DNA from: Granulicella sp.
GTDB lineage: Bacteria; Acidobacteriota; Terriglobia; Terriglobales; Acidobacteriaceae
Length of the DNA: 34,194 nucleotides
Assembly (NCBI GenBank): GCA_027339965.1
Contig: DAHWNL010000025.1
Location: 1-34,194 of the forward strand
Reading direction: 5' to 3'
Shown: positions 9,775-17,041 of the stretch, piece by piece
Position numbering within the stretch: position 1 is the stretch's first letter
Layout: every line of letters starts with the position of its first letter
The notes under the pieces: generated by a model
The model's input: the letters and a program-made list of their open reading frames with translations, nothing else
Database searches by the model: none
What the model was told of the DNA's origin: nothing
Made by a program: the position numbers and the translations under genes

Positions 9775-12168
9775 ATGCATCGTGAGAGGAGGTGCTGTTT
9801 GCGGTCCTGCGTGGACGTAGCGCTTCCAGGTGTGATCATCCTGGCTTGTCTCAGTTTGACTGCCTGCAATGGCTCAAGCTACAGCAGCCAATCATCGCCT
9901 CCGACGTCGTCTCAAGCCACCCAGACAACGCTAACAGCCACACCGGCAAAGGCAGCGTATGGGGCTAGTGTTGCGCTGACGGCGACGGTAATGGATACGG
10001 GCAGTAGCCCGGCGTCTGCGGTGTCGTCCGGCTCAGTGACGTTTTACAACGGAAGCACGTCGCTGGGGACGGGGACATTGAGCAGTTCTGGATCGACGAC
10101 TTTGACTGTACAGACACTGCCGGCAGGGACGGACAGCCTCACGGCGGCTTTTGCGGCGGAGGGCAACTACGCGGCTTCAACCTCCGCTCCGGTAACCGAG
10201 ACGATCACGGGGGCATCTACGACAACAACGCTAACTGCATCACCGACCAGCGTGGCTCAGGGGGCCAGCGTGACCTTGACGGCGACGGTGACCAGCAGTG
10301 ACGGCACGCCCACGGGCACGGTGACCTTCTCTGATGCAAGCGGATCAGTGGGTACGGCGACACTCAATGCCGGCGGCATGGCGACCCTTGTTCTGGCAAC
10401 ACTGCCGGCGGGAACCGACAGCCTGACGGCTACCTTTGCCGCGCAGGGCAACTATGCAGCTTCTACCTCGGCGGTGGTTACGGTGTCGGTGACGGCTGGA
10501 AACGCAGTAAGTGCGCCTGTGATCTCGCCGACCGGCTCGACGATCTCCGGGACAACCCCCGTGTATATTACTGATTCTGCAACCGGCACAACCGTCTACT
10601 ATACTCTAGACGGATCCAATCCTTCGGCTACAAATGGCGCCAGTTGCGAGCCGAGTTCTACGACGCCATGCTTCAGTCTTCTGGGTGCAGCTACGGTGAA
10701 GGCGGTGGCTATCAGTTCGAGTGGCAGCGCCTCCAGTGTTGTCTCTCAGGCCTATACAGCTCCTTCGAGCAGCAATGAGTGTACTGGCTGGAACCCACAA
10801 AACATATTCGAGACCAGTGACTTCACGGCCGATCAGGCGACGATTACCAGCAACGGAGCCACGTTAGGTGTGGACTGCAACGGTGGCGGCTACGTGAATT
10901 ATTTGAATACGGGATACGGAAGTTTCGGGAATACCATCGCTGTGGCCTACGGGCGCGGGTTCCAGGCAGATATCCGCGATTCTTTGCACAGTGGACTTTA
11001 TAATCCAACAGAAGCCGGTATAAACGACGGAGATGGAACGCCTGTAACACTGGCGCTTACCAACTCGTCTGAGGGCGCCGGCGGCCGAATTAACATTGTG
11101 CCATATAATATGGGTCTCTTCCTGAATCCTGGCTTCTGCTTTTTCCCACTGAGTTATTATTATCCAACAGATAACAATGCTTTAGCGAGCTGTACGAGCG
11201 ACTCGAACACAGATGGCATCTGGACTCAGGAGCTGGCAGCGAAAATCTCTCCCACGCAGCAGTTATCGAGCGAATTTCAAATGCAAGGTTACTACCAGGA
11301 TGCAGGAGAACTTGGCAATAACGCCGCCTCCATCTTTGAATACAACTGGACGATGACCTACGCTGAAGACCCTGGAGCGCCAGGCGACCCCGGTGGTCTC
11401 CTATGGGAATCGCCCCAGAATAGCTCTGATTACAGCCCCATCTACAAGTTCGGTCCGTCGGCAACTTATATTGACAATGGCTCATCGACAGGTGTGCTGG
11501 ATACCTCTTATGAAGGCAGTACTTATGACGTTAAAGCCTATAGTGACGTTACCAACACGAGCTCGTTGACGTCTGTGACTCCCACAAATACAGATCTTGT
11601 CATTGCGCAGGTAGATACGGGCCTGAGAGTTCGATTGGATGCAAACTATACGGATTCTATGGCGCTGAATGCAAGCTGCACCGGCTGGACGGCTCCTCAG
11701 TCTGTGAATCTGCAATCGAGCACCACGACCTACTCCATGATATACCCCGTGCCGGCTACTTCTCCCTGTGAGTCGGTTCTCGCGCTGGAGGATCCGAGCG
11801 ATTCAAATGCTCCGATTGTTGCCATGTACTTCCCGCAGACTGATCCGGTGAATGTGCAGCAGGTGACTGAAACGAACGTAGATAGCGGCGCGAGCATCAG
11901 CCTGGACCGGAGGTACCATTCTTATATCGGATGGAATACAAACATCAATGCGAACAATCCGAATATCGTGACGAATGGAATTACCTATGTCAATCAATTC
12001 ACACAGTTAATACCGCTGTTACGCGTAACCGGTCTATTGGCGCCGAACCATGCCGGCGCAAATATCGATGAGAGCCTTCATATGGATATTTATGTTCTCA
12101 TTGGATCGCCCACGCAAGTTCTCACGGCCCTGCAGAACATGAATAAGAATCAGGGCTGGAACTGGTGA
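9775..12168 (+). CDS. Lipoprotein: two bacterial Ig-like (Big_3-type) domains, one CHB_HEX_C/Fn3-associated domain and a ~460-aa C-terminal domain of unknown function
   Basis: Lipobox LSLTA-C followed by a Ser/Pro linker. Two TTTLTA.P....GASV.LTATV...G.VTF...L.AGTDSLTA.F...GNY..STS repeats. APVISP...VYYTLDGSNP domain. Start uncertain: ATG 9775 gives a 30-aa signal, ATG 9739 is the alternative. Confidence 0.85.
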   Translation: MHRERRCCLRSCVDVALPGVIILACLSLTACNGSSYSSQSSPPTSSQATQTTLTATPAKAAYGASVALTATVMDTGSSPASAVSSGSVTFYNGSTSLGTGTLSSSGSTTLTVQTLPAGTDSLTAAFAAEGNYAASTSAPVTETITGASTTTTLTASPTSVAQGASVTLTATVTSSDGTPTGTVTFSDASGSVGTATLNAGGMATLVLATLPAGTDSLTATFAAQGNYAASTSAVVTVSVTAGNAVSAPVISPTGSTISGTTPVYITDSATGTTVYYTLDGSNPSATNGASCEPSSTTPCFSLLGAATVKAVAISSSGSASSVVSQAYTAPSSSNECTGWNPQNIFETSDFTADQATITSNGATLGVDCNGGGYVNYLNTGYGSFGNTIAVAYGRGFQADIRDSLHSGLYNPTEAGINDGDGTPVTLALTNSSEGAGGRINIVPYNMGLFLNPGFCFFPLSYYYPTDNNALASCTSDSNTDGIWTQELAAKISPTQQLSSEFQMQGYYQDAGELGNNAASIFEYNWTMTYAEDPGAPGDPGGLLWESPQNSSDYSPIYKFGPSATYIDNGSSTGVLDTSYEGSTYDVKAYSDVTNTSSLTSVTPTNTDLVIAQVDTGLRVRLDANYTDSMALNASCTGWTAPQSVNLQSSTTTYSMIYPVPATSPCESVLALEDPSDSNAPIVAMYFPQTDPVNVQQVTETNVDSGASISLDRRYHSYIGWNTNINANNPNIVTNGITYVNQFTQLIPLLRVTGLLAPNHAGANIDESLHMDIYVLIGSPTQVLTALQNMNKNQGWNW
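9925..10494 (+). repeat. Intragenic tandem duplication encoding the two Ig-like domains (~300-bp unit)
   Basis: ACAACGCTAAC at 9925 and 10225. ACACTGCCGGC..GACAGCCT.ACGGC....TTTGC.GCG.AGGGCAACTA.GC.GCTTC.ACCTC occurs in both copies. Confidence 0.8.
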
Positions 12169-12223
12169 GGTACTGGAGGGAGTCAAGGGTCTGGGAGCGG
12201 CACATCCGGCGCAATCATGATGA

Positions 12224-15200
12224 TCACATGTTGCGCCTGTATTGGCCGCCAACGGCATAAAGCGCATCGGTGATCTGCCCCAGCGAGCAGACTCGCACCG
12301 CGTCCATGAGGACGCAGAAGGTGTTCTCTCCAGCGATCACGGTCTGTTGCAGCCGGGTGAGCATGGCCGGCGATTGAGAGGTGTGGCGGGCTTGAAAAGC
12401 GGCCAATCGTCTTAACTGCGATTGCTTCTCGTGCTCGGTGGAGCGAGCAGGATTCATGCCGGGCTGGGGTCGGGATGTCTCGCCCAGAAAGGTGTTCACG
12501 CCGATGATGGGCAGCGTGCCGTCATGCTTCTTCTGCTCGTACAGCATCGACTCGTCCTGGATCCTGCTCCGCTGGTATCCGGTTTCCATGGCGCCCAGAA
12601 CTCCGCCGCGCTCGGAGAGGCGATCGAACTCATCCAAGACCGCTGCCTCCACGAGGTTGGTCAGTTCTTCCAGGATGAAGCTTCCCTGGTTGGGATTCTC
12701 GTTTTTCGCCAGACCCCATTCGCGATTGATGATGAGCTGAATGGCCAGCGCGTGGCGGACGGATTCAGCGGTGGGCGTGGTGATCGCTTCGTCGTAGGCG
12801 TTGGTGTGCAGCGAGTTGCAGTTGTCGTAGACGGCGATGAGCGCCTCCAGGGTGGTGCGAATGTCGTTGAAGCTGATCTCCTGCGCGTGTAGGGAGCGGC
12901 CAGAGGTTTGCACGTGGTACTTCAGCTTCTGAGCGCGCTCGCCGGCGCCGTACCGCTGCCGCATGGCCAGCGCCCAGATGCGCCGAGCCACCCGGCCCAG
13001 CACGGTGTACTCGGGATCCATTCCGCTGGAAAAGAAGAAGGAGAAGTTGGGCGCAAAGTCATCAACCTGCATGCCCCGGGCCAGATACGCTTCGACATAG
13101 GTAAAGCCGTTGGCTAGAGTGAAGGCCAACTGAGTGATGGGATTGGCCCCGGCTTCCGCAATGTGATAGCCAGAGATGGATACCGAGTAGAAGTTGCGCA
13201 CCCGGTGCTGGATAAAGTACTCCTGGACGTCGCCCATCAGCTTCAAGGCGAACTCCGTGGAGAAGATACACGTGTTCTGGCCTTGATCTTCCTTGAGGAT
13301 GTCAGCCTGCACGGTGCCGCGCAGACGTTGCAGGACACTTGCGCGAATCTCTTCCATCTCGGCAGGGGTGAGAGCACGCCCTACCTGATCGCGTCGCGCT
13401 TCCAGCTGCTGATCGATAGCCGTATTTAAAAACATGGCAAGAATCGCCGGCGCCGGTCCGTTGATCGTCATGGAGACGGAAGTGGTGGGATCGCAGAGGT
13501 CAAAGCCATCGTAGAGGGCCTTCATGTCATCCAGCGTGGCCACGGAAACGCCGGCGTTGCCGATTTTGCCGTAGATGTCCGGACGTAGGTCAGGGTCAGC
13601 GCCATAGAGGGTGACGGAGTCGAAGGCGGTGGAGAGCCGTTTGGCCGTCATCCCCTCGGACAAGAGTTTGAAGCGGCGGTTGGTCCGGAAGGGATCGCCT
13701 TCTCCGGCGAACATGCGGGTGGGATCCTCGTCGGCACGTTTGAACGGGAAGACGCCGGCGGTGAACGGAAACGATCCGGGCAGGTTTTCCAGCATCCTCC
13801 AGCGAAGGATCTCGCCATGGTCCTCGAAGTGCGGCAGCGCGACCCGAGGAATGCGGGTTCCGGACGGCGTGGTCAACGGCTGGAGAGATTCCGAATCTTC
13901 GTTTGAAGGAGTCCGCTGTGGCGGCCATTCTGCAAGCAGCTTTCGCGCTTCAGGAGCAAGTCCGGCGTCGTGTTCGCCAATCAGGCGGTCCAAGGCGTGC
14001 TGAGCAGCAACGCAACCCGGGTCGCGATCGCTTCCCGGGCGCGCAGCCAACATGCGCTTGGATTCCTGCAACTGCTGGCGTTCCCGCGCCAGTCGCACCT
14101 GCTCCTGGGTGAACGCATGGTAGCCGCGAACGGCGGCGGAGATCTCAGCCAGGTAACGTTCTCGTCCAGCCGGGAGCAGGGAGTCTCTTTTGGTGGAGAG
14201 CTTTCCCGCAACGGGCGTGAGTCTTCCCGGCCGCAGCTTCAGGCCGAGTGCCGCGAGCCTGGGCAGCAATCCGTGATAGAGCGCCGTCACTCCGTCGTCG
14301 TTGAAGCGTGCGGCCTGGGTGCCATATACGGGCATATCTTCCGGCGCCAGATTCCAATGTTCCCGATTGCGCTGCACCTGTTTGGCCACGGCCCGCAGAG
14401 CGTCCTGTGCGCCCCGGCGATCGAACTTGTTGATGGCAACAAAGTCGGCGTAGTCCAACATGCCGATCTTCTCCAACTGGGAGAGTGCTCCAAACTCCGG
14501 CGTCATGACATAGAGACTCAGATCGACCAGGGGCACGATATCCGCATCACCTTGTCCGATGCCTGCGGTCTCCACCAGGATCAAGTCAAAGCCGGCCACC
14601 TTACAGGCGGCGATGATATCGGGCAGATCGGAGGCGAGCCCGGAGGTGGAGGGTGCACCTGAACGAGCAGCGCGAGAGGCCAGGGATCGCATAAAGATGC
14701 TGCGTCTGCCTTGCCATGGGGCGATGGCATTCATGCGGATGCGATCGCCGAGGAGCGCGCCTCCTGTCTTGCGGCGCGTGGGATCCATCGCGATGACGGC
14801 GATCTGCAAGGCGTCGCTCTGGTCAAATCGGAGACGCCGGATCAGCTCGTCGGTGAGCGACGACTTCCCCGAGCCGCCGGTTCCGGTGATGCCGAGGACA
14901 GGCACAGTCGCTTTTCGGGCAGCCTGAGCGAGCGCGGTTCTTGCCGCAGGGCCGATCTGGCCTTCTTCCAGGGCGGTGATGCACTTGGCCAGATTGCGGC
15001 GGTCGCTCAGGATCTCCCTTGCGGTCTGAGATTCCATCAAGGCGGACCAATCCGCGGCAGTGTCCGCAGCCAGGTCAGTGGCGCAGAGAGCCAGCATCGC
15101 GCGGATCATTCCGGCTAGGCCCATCCTCTGGCCATCGTCCGGGCTGAAGATGCGAGTCACGCCGTAGGCATGCAACTGCTCGATTTCGGCTGGAAGAATG

Positions 15201-15559
15201 ACTCCTCCTCCGCCTCCGAAGACTCGAATCGAGGCTCCGTCGCGCTCGCGGAGCAGGTCCATCATGTATTGGAAGAACTCCATGTGCCCGCCCTGGTAGC
15301 TGGAGACGGCAATCGCCTGGGCGTCTTCTTCCAGAGCGGCGGTCACCACCTCATCGACGGAGCGGTTGTGCCCCAGGTGAATCACCTCAGCGCCCTGCGC
15401 CACCAGGATGCGACGCATGATGTTGATGGCGGCATCGTGACCGTCGAAGACAGCAGCTGCGGTCACGACGCGAATCTTGCGGAGAGAGGCTTGGGCGGCC
15501 TGCGCAGGTTCCAGGCTCTGGCCGGAGAGCCACGTGATCGGCATGGGTGCGCTTTGCAT
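12224..15559 (-). CDS. icmF: Fused isobutyryl-CoA mutase / MeaI GTPase (AdoCbl-dependent)
   Basis: N-terminal B12-binding domain (FDGHDAAINIMRR, SSYQGGH), P-loop GTGGSGKS with ETAGIGQ and NKFD, and mutase barrel (PTRMFAGEG, RLSTAFDSVTLYG, TVQADILKE, SISGYHIAEAG). Ends GGQYRRNM. Confidence 0.96.
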   Translation of the reverse strand: MQSAPMPITWLSGQSLEPAQAAQASLRKIRVVTAAAVFDGHDAAINIMRRILVAQGAEVIHLGHNRSVDEVVTAALEEDAQAIAVSSYQGGHMEFFQYMMDLLRERDGASIRVFGGGGGVILPAEIEQLHAYGVTRIFSPDDGQRMGLAGMIRAMLALCATDLAADTAADWSALMESQTAREILSDRRNLAKCITALEEGQIGPAARTALAQAARKATVPVLGITGTGGSGKSSLTDELIRRLRFDQSDALQIAVIAMDPTRRKTGGALLGDRIRMNAIAPWQGRRSIFMRSLASRAARSGAPSTSGLASDLPDIIAACKVAGFDLILVETAGIGQGDADIVPLVDLSLYVMTPEFGALSQLEKIGMLDYADFVAINKFDRRGAQDALRAVAKQVQRNREHWNLAPEDMPVYGTQAARFNDDGVTALYHGLLPRLAALGLKLRPGRLTPVAGKLSTKRDSLLPAGRERYLAEISAAVRGYHAFTQEQVRLARERQQLQESKRMLAARPGSDRDPGCVAAQHALDRLIGEHDAGLAPEARKLLAEWPPQRTPSNEDSESLQPLTTPSGTRIPRVALPHFEDHGEILRWRMLENLPGSFPFTAGVFPFKRADEDPTRMFAGEGDPFRTNRRFKLLSEGMTAKRLSTAFDSVTLYGADPDLRPDIYGKIGNAGVSVATLDDMKALYDGFDLCDPTTSVSMTINGPAPAILAMFLNTAIDQQLEARRDQVGRALTPAEMEEIRASVLQRLRGTVQADILKEDQGQNTCIFSTEFALKLMGDVQEYFIQHRVRNFYSVSISGYHIAEAGANPITQLAFTLANGFTYVEAYLARGMQVDDFAPNFSFFFSSGMDPEYTVLGRVARRIWALAMRQRYGAGERAQKLKYHVQTSGRSLHAQEISFNDIRTTLEALIAVYDNCNSLHTNAYDEAITTPTAESVRHALAIQLIINREWGLAKNENPNQGSFILEELTNLVEAAVLDEFDRLSERGGVLGAMETGYQRSRIQDESMLYEQKKHDGTLPIIGVNTFLGETSRPQPGMNPARSTEHEKQSQLRRLAAFQARHTSQSPAMLTRLQQTVIAGENTFCVLMDAVRVCSLGQITDALYAVGGQYRRNM

Positions 15560-15708
15560 GATGATCGCTGTTCACAGGGCTTGGAGGATCCGTCCCTTGT
15601 GATTCCAATCCCTCTGAAAATATACGCTTTCCTGCCCGGAGCGCATCGCGCGCCGGCCGCGGGCGGTTGGGTTGTCCACGGTGCGCTAGAAGAGCCCTGG
15701 CGGGTCAC

Positions 15709-15797
15709 GGTGGGGCTCATCGGTGGGGCTCGTGTGGGGCTCATCCATGGAACTCGTCCATGGAACTGATCGATGGAACTCAACCATGGAAGTTGTC
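15709..15797. repeat. Seven degenerate 12-13 bp tandem repeats upstream of icmF
   Basis: GGTGGGGCTCATC / GGTGGGGCTCGT / GTGGGGCTCATC / CATGGAACTCGTC / CATGGAACTGATC / GATGGAACTCAAC / CATGGAAGTTGTC. Confidence 0.85.
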
Positions 15798-16014
15798 CTG
15801 GCCTCCTCGCCACCGGCCTCACCAGCGTGCGGAGAAGATCCTGGCGATGTCTGGCCCAGTTGTGAGCCGGCGATGGCTCTCATGTCGAGCCTCGCGTGAA
15901 TCGCGAGCCTCCAGCGCCGCGAGCAACACCCGCAACCAAGCCGCCCACGGTTCGGATCGACGCAGGCACGACCCTGTGCGTGACTTACGCGGGGCGCAGG
16001 GCTTGCCTGCCGGG

Positions 16015-16920
16015 TCAAGAATGGTTGTTGCTGGCGCGAATCCAGCTTGCCAGGAGAGAGGCGGCTGTGCGGAGGTTATCGAGGTCCAGGGGGTAGGTCG
16101 CTACAGCTCGTGCGGCGCTCAAGAGAGCGGCTCCGGTTTTCCCCTGCGCCTTGAGGGCATCGGCGCGCTGCTTATAGATGCGAGCGTACGCCACCTGACG
16201 AGGAATGAGGCCACAGCCCGGGGCGCCATAGTGTTTGCGGACAAATCGCTTTTGCGCATCCATCATCCGCTGCGTATCTCTGGACATGGAGCCTGCAGAC
16301 CAGCGATAGTACGCAATCACCTGGGGGATAAATGCCACCTCATGGCTTAGAGCGATCCGCAGCCAAAGATCGCGATCCTCGGTAGCGCGCATGCTCTCAT
16401 CAAAGGCGCCAATCTCCTCAGTGCATCGCCGGCGGAAGGTGATGGTGGGGCAGGGAAGATCCACCTTCCGCATATAAATCTGCGCCGCAATCCGCCCCTC
16501 AGCATGATGGCGATTGCCTAGAAATGTGCTTTGTGGAATGCCATCGGCATCGATGTGGGTGACCAGGCCATAGGCGAGGCCGGCATCGGGCCGTTCCCGG
16601 AGGATACGCACTGACTCGGAAAGTCTGCACGGAAGCCATACGTCGTCCGCGTCCAGGAGGGCCAAAAATTCCGAGTCTGAGGCCCGGATGGCGGCGTTTC
16701 TTGCCGCCGGGAGCCCTCGGTTGTCTTGACGGATGTAGCGAAGCTTTGTCCCAAGCCGATCCATGAATGGGGCGACAATCTCCGAGGTGTTATCGGTACT
16801 TCCGTCGTCCACCAGCACAATTCGCCAATCGGAGAACGATTGCGAGGCCACGCTTTCCAAGGCGGCCGGAAGATAGCGGGCCGCATTGAACGCCGGAATG
16901 ATCACATCCACAGTAGCCAT
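16015..16920 (-). CDS. Glycosyltransferase family 2 (GT-A fold)
   Basis: VDVIIPAFN, VDDGSTD, NRGLPAARN, LLDADD (DxD), EDRDLWLR. Confidence 0.95.
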   Translation of the reverse strand: MATVDVIIPAFNAARYLPAALESVASQSFSDWRIVLVDDGSTDNTSEIVAPFMDRLGTKLRYIRQDNRGLPAARNAAIRASDSEFLALLDADDVWLPCRLSESVRILRERPDAGLAYGLVTHIDADGIPQSTFLGNRHHAEGRIAAQIYMRKVDLPCPTITFRRRCTEEIGAFDESMRATEDRDLWLRIALSHEVAFIPQVIAYYRWSAGSMSRDTQRMMDAQKRFVRKHYGAPGCGLIPRQVAYARIYKQRADALKAQGKTGAALLSAARAVATYPLDLDNLRTAASLLASWIRASNNHS

Positions 16921-17041
16921 GGAATCTATCGCTGGGAGAGCATGCCAGCCTTTGTTGGTAGCTCCGGATTACCGAATATTTTTCTGGAGTTGACGGCTCC
17001 GGGTGGAAATCGTGCGATCGGGTAAGGCGCAAAGCAGACCG

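Noticed and set aside
15709..15797. CRISPR array
   Set aside because: Units are only 12-13 bp, abut without unique spacers, and there are no cas genes.
15560..16014. Cobalamin riboswitch upstream of the B12-dependent icmF
   Set aside because: I could not find the conserved GGGAA...GGTG.AA.TCC...CCC.C.ACTGT core or B12 box on the minus strand. An Rfam scan would be definitive.
15667..16350. 227-aa plus-strand ORF spanning the tandem repeat
   Set aside because: It overlaps the GT2 gene in antisense, is Arg/Ala/Ser-rich without motifs, and the 13-bp repeat period does not preserve frame.
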